From the sequence record PV764602.1: DNA of 64,000 bases. One strand, 5' to 3'. The notes beneath the pieces were generated by a model, which saw nothing but the letters and a program-made list of their open reading frames with translations, was not told the origin of the DNA and did no database searches. Below are positions 26,452 to 35,342 of this stretch, piece by piece. Positions within the stretch are counted from its first letter, which is position 1; each line of letters opens with the position of its first letter. The position numbers and the translations under genes were made by a program.

Positions 26452-28454
26452 GCAACATTCACGATTTCATCAAGACCCAGCTGCTGGCTGCTGCCCATTT
26501 CCAAGAAACGCTGGATGCGGGTGGCAAGAAGTGGCTCAAGAGTGGTGGTATCGCCGACGGTCGGAAGTTCCTAGAGGAACGCAAGTTCCCTAAATCGGTC
26601 ATCAAGGCATACGATACTGCCATGAAGAACGTCCTTGCAGGTAAGGACTTTGAGGAAGACGTTGATCCGCATTTGCAGGAAGTACAGAATGCAGTGAAGG
26701 AGCGTCTGCCCAAGCTGACCAAGGACACTTCTATTCCGATCGCAGACATCAAGACTCTGAAAGACGTGAGTCTGATCCTGCGCACTGAATCGGACTCTGC
26801 ATGGGCACGTGTCGAGAAGGACATTGGCCGACTGCGTGACGAAGACCTCAACCGCATCATCGCTCCTGCTGTGGAATCCTCCAGCAAGTACGTCAAAGAC
26901 CTCAAGGCAGCGTTCAAGAAACTGACGGGCAAAGATGGTACTGACTTCCGTGACCTAGAAGAACTGGCTGATCTTGATACTGATGAGTATCGGGAAGCAG
27001 TCAAGAAGATCATGGGCAAGAAGCCGGCTGCTGCTAAGGAATTCACCAAGGCACGGAGCGAGTACACCAAGGCCAGCAAGAAGGCCCACATGGCTCATGT
27101 GCGTGCTTCTGGCAGCCACCTGATGGACGTGGAGACGGCCAAGAAACACCTTGAGTCTAAGGGTTTCCGTCATTCCATTCCTGAAGGCTTCAAGGGCAAG
27201 CTTGACGAGAACGGACGTATCCATACTGTGCATGGGGAGCCCATCGCTGGTGGTATCTCTGGCACCGTCAAGATGAATCCGAAGTACGAGAAGGGTTCTA
27301 GCGTCAATGTCCTGACCTACTATCCTCCGGGTGCTAAGACGCCGCAGTACCTGTTCACCGCAGGTGCCAAGGCTAACGCCATCCAGAAGAAGAGTCAGAA
27401 GGTTGACGAACTGTCCGATAAGATTGGTGACCTGCGTAAGAAGTGGGGCGCTGACCTGAACAGTAAGGACCCGAGCACTCGCATCGCTGCTGCCATCCTC
27501 GAAGCCTGCTACCACACGTCTGCACGTATCGGTAACCTGAGCAACAAGAATGACGGCATGACGACTTTGAAGGGCAAGAATGTCAAGGTCAACGGGGATA
27601 CGGTCACCTTCAGCTACACTGGTAAGTCGGATCAGCATCAGAAGCACGTAATGAAGGGTGATGATCCCATTTCCAAGAAGGCTGTGGAAATCATCAAGGC
27701 CCTCAAGGAAAACGCGAAGCCTGACGACCTGCTTTTCCGCAACAAGAATCGCCGCGTCGGTAGCCGTCAGGTCAACGATTACTTCACCTCCCTCGGTTCC
27801 CCCACCACGGTGCACAAGATGCGCCACGTTCGCGGCAACGCGATCATGAAGGAAGAACTGAAGAAGAAGCCGAAGACTGACGACGACAAGAAGATCACGG
27901 CCTTCCTGACTGCGGCTCTGGCCAAGGTTGGTGAGCAGCTGGGTCACTTCAACAAGGGCGAGGTCACCTTCGCCACTGCCCTGCAATCCTACGTCTCTCC
28001 GTCAATCGTTGAGAAGTATTATGACAGCTACAACATTCGTCCGCCCGCACGCATTCAGAAGGTTATTGACCAAGCCAAGAAGGACAATGGTGAACCGACT
28101 ACTAAGTTGCAGGACTTGCCGCATCACGGCGACGTGGCGGAAAAGCCTAAGGTACCTCGGGCGGTTAAGCGTGTAGCAAAGGAAGAAAAGGAAGCACCGA
28201 AGCCGCGTGTAGTGAAAAAGGTGGAGAAGCCTGCACCGAAGCCGCTGCGTCAAGTCAAGAAGGTGGAGAAGCCTGAACCCAAGGAACGCAAGCCCACACG
28301 CACGGTCAAGCACATTGAGCTGGGTCCCCTGTCTGCACAGCCTGTGAAGACGCCAGCTTGGTTCCAGAAGTTGAGCGGTAACGCACAGCGGACTTACATC
28401 AAGGAAAATCCGCACACCAAGTTGAAGCCCACCAAGCTGCCGGGCTCGAAGTAA
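26448..28454 (+). CDS. DNA topoisomerase IB with long N-terminal extension and Lys/Pro-rich tail
   Basis: Catalytic pentad by hand count: R360 (ARIG), K393 (YTGK), R459 (KMRH), H500 (LGH), Y515 (SYV). Confidence 0.85.
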   Translation: MSNIHDFIKTQLLAAAHFQETLDAGGKKWLKSGGIADGRKFLEERKFPKSVIKAYDTAMKNVLAGKDFEEDVDPHLQEVQNAVKERLPKLTKDTSIPIADIKTLKDVSLILRTESDSAWARVEKDIGRLRDEDLNRIIAPAVESSSKYVKDLKAAFKKLTGKDGTDFRDLEELADLDTDEYREAVKKIMGKKPAAAKEFTKARSEYTKASKKAHMAHVRASGSHLMDVETAKKHLESKGFRHSIPEGFKGKLDENGRIHTVHGEPIAGGISGTVKMNPKYEKGSSVNVLTYYPPGAKTPQYLFTAGAKANAIQKKSQKVDELSDKIGDLRKKWGADLNSKDPSTRIAAAILEACYHTSARIGNLSNKNDGMTTLKGKNVKVNGDTVTFSYTGKSDQHQKHVMKGDDPISKKAVEIIKALKENAKPDDLLFRNKNRRVGSRQVNDYFTSLGSPTTVHKMRHVRGNAIMKEELKKKPKTDDDKKITAFLTAALAKVGEQLGHFNKGEVTFATALQSYVSPSIVEKYYDSYNIRPPARIQKVIDQAKKDNGEPTTKLQDLPHHGDVAEKPKVPRAVKRVAKEEKEAPKPRVVKKVEKPAPKPLRQVKKVEKPEPKERKPTRTVKHIELGPLSAQPVKTPAWFQKLSGNAQRTYIKENPHTKLKPTKLPGSK

Positions 28455-28461
28455 GTAATAC

Positions 28462-28495
28462 CCCACCGACTAACCCTCGGTGGGTTCTGTCTTTG
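28462..28495 (+). terminator. probable terminator
   Basis: CCCACCGA/TCGGTGGG stem followed by TTCTGTCTTT. Confidence 0.55.
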
Positions 28496-28514
28496 CTTTG
28501 TAGGAGAATCAACA

Positions 28515-29474
28515 ATGCCTGTTCGTATGCTGCAAGGTATCGCCAAGAAAGCGGGTACCACGCACGACCACGCAGAGAAGATTTGGGACGATAGCAAGAA
28601 AATCGTTGATAAGAAGTTCTCGGAAGATGACCCGAGCTACTACCCATACCTGACAGGGATCGTCAAACGTCGCCTAGGCTTGTCGAAAGGTGAGAAGGCG
28701 ATGTTCGACTCCCAAGACTCTACTAACGAGGAAGCTGACGTGGAAGAAACCGCAAAGAAGAATTGGAGTCAGGAAGTAACGGACAACGAAAAGTTCCATC
28801 CAAAGGAAGGTATCTTCAAGCAGAGCTCGGAGAAGATCGCCAAGTATCTGCTTAGTAAGGGTAAAGGAAAGGCCATGAGCCGCCTCACCTTCTACATCAA
28901 CCGGGCTGGCAAGTCGCTGAGTCCCGAAGATCGTAATCGTCTTGAGCGTGCCAAGAAGATTATCTCCAATGCTACTGGCAAGGAAACGGCCAAGGCGCAC
29001 GACTATACCCCGCAGTACAAGACGCCTGAACAAATCGACAAGGGCCTGCGTATTACGGACAAGTTCTTCCGCACCATCTACTTCCCCAAGCTGGATAGCG
29101 ACGGCAAGATCGTTGGCTACGATGAAGAACAAGTCAGTTCGGTGGACTTCGTGTTCCTGCAATCTGATCCCGACACTGATCCTGTGTGGACTGATCCCCA
29201 CACCAGTGCGGTTGTCAAGGCGAGCACCCTGCATCACTACATGGTTCACCACGCAACCCCTAACGCACAGCGCCGTCGTCGGAACCTGCTGCAAGCTTAC
29301 GCATCGGCAACCAACTTCAATGGCCCGATCATGAGCAACGGTTCTGTCACCGCTGAGTTCATGTGTCACATGCACGGCCATAGCAGCATTGCTATGGCCG
29401 AAGTAAGCCGCTCCTTTGAGTACCACAACCGAGTTCATGCTGGCGTGGATGACGATCTGATTGCCTCCAGCTGA
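28515..29474 (+). CDS. modular protein containing a DUF3175-like domain
   Basis: KKNWS...AMSRLTFYINRAGKSL...RLERAK matches my recollection of DUF3175; flanked by ETAK motifs. Confidence 0.7.
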   Translation: MPVRMLQGIAKKAGTTHDHAEKIWDDSKKIVDKKFSEDDPSYYPYLTGIVKRRLGLSKGEKAMFDSQDSTNEEADVEETAKKNWSQEVTDNEKFHPKEGIFKQSSEKIAKYLLSKGKGKAMSRLTFYINRAGKSLSPEDRNRLERAKKIISNATGKETAKAHDYTPQYKTPEQIDKGLRITDKFFRTIYFPKLDSDGKIVGYDEEQVSSVDFVFLQSDPDTDPVWTDPHTSAVVKASTLHHYMVHHATPNAQRRRRNLLQAYASATNFNGPIMSNGSVTAEFMCHMHGHSSIAMAEVSRSFEYHNRVHAGVDDDLIASS

Positions 29475-29519
29475 TACGGATGAATCCTCATAGTAGGGAG
29501 TGGCCAACCTAACTTTTTA

Positions 29520-29906
29520 ATGAGGAGACCGATGTTCGACCTGTCCATGATCGAAACGCTGAACAACTTCCTTGAGACGCCGACCGCTGCGCGCGCAATC
29601 GCCTTCGGTATGCTTATCTCTTGGGGTGGTACGCAACTCGTCAAGTTCAATCCGCTGGTTCGGAAGCTGCTGAATCATCTGCCGCCCGAAATGGGCCGGA
29701 CGGTTGTGCAAGCAATCGCTTTCCTGCTGGCATTCATTCCTACGTTCCTGCTGTGGCCGGGTATGGGTACGGTCAAGGTACTGGGTAGCATTGTTGTAGG
29801 CACGTGGTCCCCCAAGGCGTATCAAAAGGCGACGGTGGTTCTCTACCACTTCTTCCCTTACCTTGAGCCCAAGCTGAGTGCCACCCCTGTTCCGAAGGAG
29901 AAGTAA
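29520..29906 (+). CDS. membrane protein, holin candidate
   Basis: 128 aa with 2-3 hydrophobic segments and a basic C-terminus; GAGGAG RBS. Confidence 0.55.
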   Translation: MRRPMFDLSMIETLNNFLETPTAARAIAFGMLISWGGTQLVKFNPLVRKLLNHLPPEMGRTVVQAIAFLLAFIPTFLLWPGMGTVKVLGSIVVGTWSPKAYQKATVVLYHFFPYLEPKLSATPVPKEK

Positions 29907-29965
29907 TCCTACTTGGAAGGTAGGAGTAGCAACAACATGGATGTTCCACCTACTACTAATGGAGA
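29907..29965 (+). promoter_or_regulatory. GGA-rich structured leader with CsrA-like hairpins
   Basis: TCCTAC-TTGGAAG-GTAGGA, AAC-ATGGAT-GTT and a GGAG RBS. Confidence 0.55.
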
Positions 29966-29971
29966 TTCGCC

Positions 29972-30226
29972 ATGTATAGCATCACCAATCTCGGCTTTGA
30001 ACGTCTCGTTGTTGGCAGCCTGGGTTTCGAGCCGCAGGTTGCCCACCCGATCAGTGATCTGGACTTCGCCCGCCTGTCGGTAGAGGAAAAGTCCCTGATT
30101 AACGCCAAGGTTGCCGAGGGCACCTTCTCCGTGGTGCACACCGCTGAAAAGCAGCTGGTCTTCTCTCCGGCTCCCCTCTCGGCTGGCCTCGGTCCCATCG
30201 TTGCTGCGGAAAATCCGCAGGGCTGA
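29972..30226 (+). CDS. small virion protein, paralogous to N-terminus of next gene
   Basis: MYSITNLG..LVVGSLGFEP versus MYVFTNTS..MTFGDLTLAP. Confidence 0.65.
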   Translation: MYSITNLGFERLVVGSLGFEPQVAHPISDLDFARLSVEEKSLINAKVAEGTFSVVHTAEKQLVFSPAPLSAGLGPIVAAENPQG

Positions 30227-30249
30227 TCCACACTTAGAGGTTCTCCAGT

Positions 30250-31047
30250 ATGTATGTGTTTACCAACACCTCAGCTAATCAGATGACGTTCGGCGACCTG
30301 ACGCTGGCCCCGAACGCCACCACTGAATTCCCTGACGATCGGGTGGCTGCTCTGAGCACCCACAACCTGAAAGCGCTCAACGATTTTGCCAACGGCAATC
30401 CGCTGATCCTGAAGGTCGAGTATCAGGCTTCGGTTCCGCCGGTCACCATCGGTCCTGTATCCGCCGCTCCTGCCATTTCTACTCCGTTCGGTAACAAACT
30501 GATGCAGGCTGCTGATGCAGATGCTGCTAAGGAACTGCTCGGGGAAGGTCAAGGTAGTGGCTATACGTTGCCTGTCGCTACGGGCTCGGTCCTTGGTGGC
30601 GTCAAGATCGGTGCGGGCCTTAGTGCTACCGCCGATGGCACCCTGAGTCGCAGCGCCCTTGTTGCCGGAGACATTCCAGATTTGGACGCCGCCAAGATCG
30701 CCTCCGGCACTCTGGCGGTTGCGCGTTTGGGTACTGGCACTCCAAGTGCTGCTAACGTGCTTTTGGGTTCGGGCGCTTTTGGCGTACCTCCGACTGCTAC
30801 TAAGGCAACCGCTCTGGCTACGGGCCGTACCTTCACTCTGAGTGGCGGGGCTTCCGGTACCACCGCCTCTCCGTTCGATGGCTCTGCTAACGCCACCCTC
30901 AACGTTACGCTGGCTACTCCGACAAGTGCTCTCCGTGGCGGTGTCCTCCAGCAGGCCGCCATTGCTGACTTGACCGCCGCTCCTACCCAGCAGGATTTCA
31001 ACGCCCTGCTGGCAGCCCTGCGTGCAGCCTCGGTAATCGCTTCCTGA
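30250..31047 (+). CDS. head fibre / decoration protein
   Basis: YTLPVATGSVLGGVKIG repeat; C-terminal QAAIADL...DFNALLAALRAA head-fibre motif. Confidence 0.7.
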   Translation: MYVFTNTSANQMTFGDLTLAPNATTEFPDDRVAALSTHNLKALNDFANGNPLILKVEYQASVPPVTIGPVSAAPAISTPFGNKLMQAADADAAKELLGEGQGSGYTLPVATGSVLGGVKIGAGLSATADGTLSRSALVAGDIPDLDAAKIASGTLAVARLGTGTPSAANVLLGSGAFGVPPTATKATALATGRTFTLSGGASGTTASPFDGSANATLNVTLATPTSALRGGVLQQAAIADLTAAPTQQDFNALLAALRAASVIAS

Positions 31048-31055
31048 CAACAACC

Positions 31056-31071
31056 GGGCCAAGGACGGCCC
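31056..31071 (+). promoter_or_regulatory. CsrA-like hairpin GGGCC-AAGGAC-GGCCC
   Basis: Its 14-nt core GGCCAAGGACGGCC is identical to the one at 41943. Confidence 0.6.
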
Positions 31072-31178
31072 ACTAGTCGGGTAAACCTTTCAAATTAGCC
31101 GGGTAAGGGTGCCTCAAATACGGTACTTGGCAGCTAATTTTACTGTGAAGGCGAGGGCTATTCCTCCGTGCTTTTCAG

Positions 31179-32525
31179 GTGCAGGGATTCACCACTTCCT
31201 ATGGCCTCAACTCAATGTCAGCCTTTCCTAATGTAATCAATGACGCTGTTGTCGGACAACAAGTCGTAGCCAACGCGAGCTTCTTCATTGCTCCTAACAC
31301 GGATACGACCGGATTGATTGCCCGGTACAGTATCGTAGACGCAGACGATGCGGAGTGGACTTCCGGCATCGCCACAAACATTGTGGTGTCGCCTCTAGGT
31401 TCGCGCTCCAAGGTGAATGCCTCGGCTTCGGTCGATATTCCCTACACGCTACCTGTCGAGTTCTACGGTACCAAGTATCAACTGGCGTGGACCCTTGAAA
31501 CTCAAGATGGTACATTCGTTTCCAGTTATATCGAGTCGTTCAACGTCAAGCCTGTCATGCAGGGTGGCGTGTTCGGCGTACCGGACATCGTAGAAGCAGC
31601 AACAGACAAAACGATTCTCAAAGCGGTACTGCCTTCCAACGATCAAGTGGAAGTGCTGGTGTTCAAGGGCAACGCCTGCCTTAACAACGGCAGCCCTGTC
31701 ATCCTGCAACCGGGTGACAAGGTATTCAACGGTACGCAGTATCTGGGTAGTTTCAACCATGCTACCCTGCGTAACCCCGGAGCGTCCCCTCCCCCGAATT
31801 CTGCGTTGGGGATCAACCAGCCGTCCCCTGCTCTCATACAAGCGATGGCAGCAGCGCGCGGCTTGAACCCCGCCGACATTACAGCCAGCAATGAATCGCT
31901 GACTCCTTCACTTGAGCCCTATAACTTGTGGTGGCAATACAAGGATGAGGATTCGGGTGAGGTAGTTGTCGAGGATAGCTATCTGTATCATGTGACTCCA
32001 ATGATCCTACAGGCAGGACGGGAGCTACAACAGTTTGTGAACCGCGCTAACAACGAAGGCCGGTTGCAGGAACTGACCATCGACCTGAACGTAATCATTC
32101 ACTTCCTGAAGCAAGGCGGCGACTACTTCAACAGTGTCGGTATGCCAACCTTCTTTGACTTCACCTGTGCTAATGGACCCTTCCGTCAATTCTGGGTCAT
32201 GTGCAGTGCAGTGCGTCTCCTCCGTAGTCAGTACCTTCTGGAGGCCGAACGTAGTATGGTGATGCAGGGCCAGAGCGTTACACTGGACATTGACATTACT
32301 GCGTACTACGAAACTGCGGCATCGGATGCCCAAGCATTCGTTGACCAATACTTGCCGGAGTTCAAGCAGAATATCACACGCAAGGGTCTGCTGACCGGCG
32401 ACGGTGACTACGGCAACGGCGGCATCATTTCGAGGAACGTGGGTGCTATGGGCATTCAGTTGTCCGCGACCACCAACCTGTTCTTCGGTTGGCGTAATCA
32501 GTACGCACGCCGTGGCCTGTTCTAA
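31179..32525 (+). CDS. virion structural protein (neck / head-tail-like)
   Basis: 448 aa; start uncertain (GTG 31179 or ATG 31215); genomic context only. Confidence 0.6.
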   Translation: MQGFTTSYGLNSMSAFPNVINDAVVGQQVVANASFFIAPNTDTTGLIARYSIVDADDAEWTSGIATNIVVSPLGSRSKVNASASVDIPYTLPVEFYGTKYQLAWTLETQDGTFVSSYIESFNVKPVMQGGVFGVPDIVEAATDKTILKAVLPSNDQVEVLVFKGNACLNNGSPVILQPGDKVFNGTQYLGSFNHATLRNPGASPPPNSALGINQPSPALIQAMAAARGLNPADITASNESLTPSLEPYNLWWQYKDEDSGEVVVEDSYLYHVTPMILQAGRELQQFVNRANNEGRLQELTIDLNVIIHFLKQGGDYFNSVGMPTFFDFTCANGPFRQFWVMCSAVRLLRSQYLLEAERSMVMQGQSVTLDIDITAYYETAASDAQAFVDQYLPEFKQNITRKGLLTGDGDYGNGGIISRNVGAMGIQLSATTNLFFGWRNQYARRGLF

Positions 32526-32539
32526 GGGAAGGGACGATA

Positions 32540-33037
32540 ATGGATAACACAACGGCCGACTACGCGCGCGCTGTGTTTGAGTACCTCATCCAGCGGTTTC
32601 CGAAGGTGTGGGGTAAATGCAAGTACAGCACGAACTTCCTTGGTGGAGGGGCCACTAGATACAGATTGTTTTCCTCTACTCCCGACACCTGCGTGACCTA
32701 TGGCAGCAGTTACTTCCAAGGTTATGCCTACCATGAAGTCATCCTCGACCACACGGTAAAGGGTGATTGCGAATGCCTGCTTTACACAGCACGGTCTATT
32801 TACGAAGACACAGGAAATAACAGCAGCACCACCTATCCGGTAGACATCGCTGCTGTCAAGGTTGACATGAGCAAACCCAGTTCGGAAACGGCACAACAGA
32901 TCGCTACCGAAATCTTGGAGTCTTTGCATGCCAATGCCGCACAGATTGAGGACGTGCCCAATGAAAGCTTTGTTCACGCCTGCGATTGGCACGCAAAGCA
33001 GTTGTATAGCGTGTCACCGGAGCAGACTGGTGGCTAA
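32540..33037 (+). CDS. hypothetical protein
   Basis: 165 aa; GGGA RBS. Confidence 0.7.
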   Translation: MDNTTADYARAVFEYLIQRFPKVWGKCKYSTNFLGGGATRYRLFSSTPDTCVTYGSSYFQGYAYHEVILDHTVKGDCECLLYTARSIYEDTGNNSSTTYPVDIAAVKVDMSKPSSETAQQIATEILESLHANAAQIEDVPNESFVHACDWHAKQLYSVSPEQTGG

Positions 33038-33045
33038 TTTCAAAC

Positions 33046-33519
33046 ATGCCAAGACTTCAACTAATGTCCGAAGATGCTAACACTCGGACTGCTGTCGAGT
33101 TGGCGCAGGTACGCCGCGACCTTGATACCCTTCTCAAGATCGTTCGGGATGGCAACGGTACGGCGGCCCTCATCAACCGAATGCAGTCTGTAGAAAAAGA
33201 CCTTACTCACCTTGTAGCCCGTGACAAGGAAGCAAAAGAAGAGCTTGAAAAGCTCAAGGTGCAGTACGCGGAGTTGTCAAAGACTCTAATTGACGTAAAC
33301 CATTCTGTCGGCACCATCAGCGCAGATTTTGCTCGCTTTGTTCAGGAGTTCAAGATCAGCGAGGATGCACGCGACAAGGCGCGCATCAAGAAGACCGATC
33401 TGCTGTGGGGCATGATTACCACGGTTGTCGTTTCCCTCGTTGTTAACTACGTGCTCAACCACAAGGTTGTTCCTTCCCAGCCCTCTGTTCCCACCACCGC
33501 TGAATCGCGGTCCAAGTAA
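33046..33519 (+). CDS. coiled-coil protein with C-terminal transmembrane helix
   Basis: Heptad-rich body; LLWGMITTVVVSLVVNYVL. Confidence 0.7.
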   Translation: MPRLQLMSEDANTRTAVELAQVRRDLDTLLKIVRDGNGTAALINRMQSVEKDLTHLVARDKEAKEELEKLKVQYAELSKTLIDVNHSVGTISADFARFVQEFKISEDARDKARIKKTDLLWGMITTVVVSLVVNYVLNHKVVPSQPSVPTTAESRSK

Positions 33520-33535
33520 TTCACTGGAGATAAAC

Positions 33536-34396
33536 ATGAACGCAAGCTTCAATGACCGCATCGGTGCTCGTCTGGCCCAGCGCACTAACGGCATCAAGCC
33601 GCACGCTGACATTCTGAGCTACGAACTGGTTAGCCCGACCGTGGCTAAGGTTGTCGTCGCCCACTCTCACCGTGGCACCACTGCTGAGAATCGCGCCGCT
33701 CTGGCTTCGCTGCTGGAAGGCCGTGGCAACGTCATACCGCACAGCTTCCGCGAAATCGAAACGGACAACGCCCACCAGCGCCGTATGCTGTCGGTCGGTT
33801 TCGTTGGCGCCAACGTCCTGTCTGAGGAACTGAGCGAAGAACGCGCCAGTCAGCTGAAGGAGATTGCCAAGAACGTGCTGATGGACGACACCGACAACAG
33901 CATGTGGCAGGTTACGCAGGCTTCGGACGGCCGCAAGTTCATCCGCCGTCAGCACAACGAAGACCTTGCGGAGCTGATGACCGCTACCGCTTCGGTGAAC
34001 CCGGCCGCCATCGTGCCGAAGCACTTCACCGAAATCGCTGGCACCACCGTCGATACCTCGGGCCCGTTCACCTATGCTGCTTACGTGGACGCTGACACCC
34101 ATCAGGTGCGTTTCGGTTACGTGGTGGAACACGCTACCGTCTACAACGGCTACAAGCACACCATTCTGCCGCGTGACGCTTCGGAAGTCGAGTACGTGTC
34201 TGCCTCCCTGATCGTGGAAGCCGCCTACAACGTCGATCCGAACAACCGTCTGACCACCGCTCGCAACCGCTTGATGGAAACCGCCGGTATTCCGGACATT
34301 GATGCGGTCAAGAGCTACTTCCGTAAGGAATTCGGCTACGGCCCTGAGTTCCTGCGCGAACTGGAAGCCGAGATTGACGAGCACGCTGTCGCCTAA
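33536..34396 (+). CDS. virion/head protein
   Basis: ATG 33536 after GGAG; very strong codon bias suggests high expression; METAG near the C-terminus. Confidence 0.7.
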   Translation: MNASFNDRIGARLAQRTNGIKPHADILSYELVSPTVAKVVVAHSHRGTTAENRAALASLLEGRGNVIPHSFREIETDNAHQRRMLSVGFVGANVLSEELSEERASQLKEIAKNVLMDDTDNSMWQVTQASDGRKFIRRQHNEDLAELMTATASVNPAAIVPKHFTEIAGTTVDTSGPFTYAAYVDADTHQVRFGYVVEHATVYNGYKHTILPRDASEVEYVSASLIVEAAYNVDPNNRLTTARNRLMETAGIPDIDAVKSYFRKEFGYGPEFLRELEAEIDEHAVA

Positions 34397-34403
34397 CGAG
34401 CCT

Positions 34404-34433
34404 AGCCGCCCCTGAAAGATGGGGCGGCTTTGT
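34404..34433 (+). terminator. Rho-independent terminator
   Basis: AGCCGCCCC-TGAAAGAT-GGGGCGGCT followed by TTG. Confidence 0.65.
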
Positions 34434-34475
34434 GCCATCCACAACATTGATCCCAAGAAACACTGAGGACTGCAC

Positions 34476-34964
34476 ATGCCTTCCATTACCACCAACCGTT
34501 CCAAGGCAACCCTGCTCGGTACCTACTTCCGCAAGGAAACGGTCATGGAGCCGAACGGTTTTTCGATTGCCCTCATCACTTCGGCTGGTGTCAGCACCAA
34601 CCCGGGTGAGCAGGTTGCCCCCACTCCGTCGAACTGCCTGACTTGGTCCGACTGCTCGCAGAACGAAATCCCGGCCGGTAACGGCTACGTGGCAGGCGGC
34701 ATCGCCATTCAGCGTGGCACCGCCGACTGGACCTCGCTGACTGAGGACCCGACCAACAACCGTGCGTTCGTTACCCTCAAGAACGTTTCGTGGACTGCTA
34801 CCGGCGGTAACCTGCCCGCCAGCGGCCCGGGTGCAGCCTATGCCGTGCTGATGGACGACACTGCGAATCGCAACGTGCTGATCGTGCTGGACCTCGGCGG
34901 TGCACGTACTGTTTCGGACACCCAGCAGCTGATCCTCCAGAACGTCCAGTACATCGCAACCTAA
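34476..34964 (+). CDS. conserved phage structural protein
   Basis: NE...GNGYVAGG ... VSWTATGG..PA..AVL motif common in virion proteins upstream of fibres. Confidence 0.7.
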   Translation: MPSITTNRSKATLLGTYFRKETVMEPNGFSIALITSAGVSTNPGEQVAPTPSNCLTWSDCSQNEIPAGNGYVAGGIAIQRGTADWTSLTEDPTNNRAFVTLKNVSWTATGGNLPASGPGAAYAVLMDDTANRNVLIVLDLGGARTVSDTQQLILQNVQYIAT

Positions 34965-34976
34965 TAGGAGTAACGC

Positions 34977-35330
34977 ATGACCGAGATTACGACTACGTTT
35001 GATGCTGACGCCGAACTTCCGGTGTGGGCATCCATCGTGAACGACTCCGACGGTCTTACCAAGGTTCGTGTGGATAGCGAGAAGGCATTCCCTGCTACTC
35101 TCCGCGAGCTTGACGGTGCAGTGCGTGACCAGTATTGGGTTGCCATCGCTCGGTACGTTATCGGGGAAGACCTCCGTCACCTCCTTGGTCCGGGTCTGAA
35201 CATCGTCTTCTCTGCCGCGCCCCAGTATGCCAATGCGGCAATGCCGCGTGGTAAGGGTGAGGAACAAGGCCAGCAGGACGCCCCGTTCGCTTACATCCGC
35301 CTTCAGCAGAAGCGTGAAGGAACCAACTAA
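34977..35330 (+). CDS. hypothetical protein
   Basis: 117 aa; AGGAG RBS. Confidence 0.7.
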   Translation: MTEITTTFDADAELPVWASIVNDSDGLTKVRVDSEKAFPATLRELDGAVRDQYWVAIARYVIGEDLRHLLGPGLNIVFSAAPQYANAAMPRGKGEEQGQQDAPFAYIRLQQKREGTN

Positions 35331-35342
35331 GAGTACCCCATA

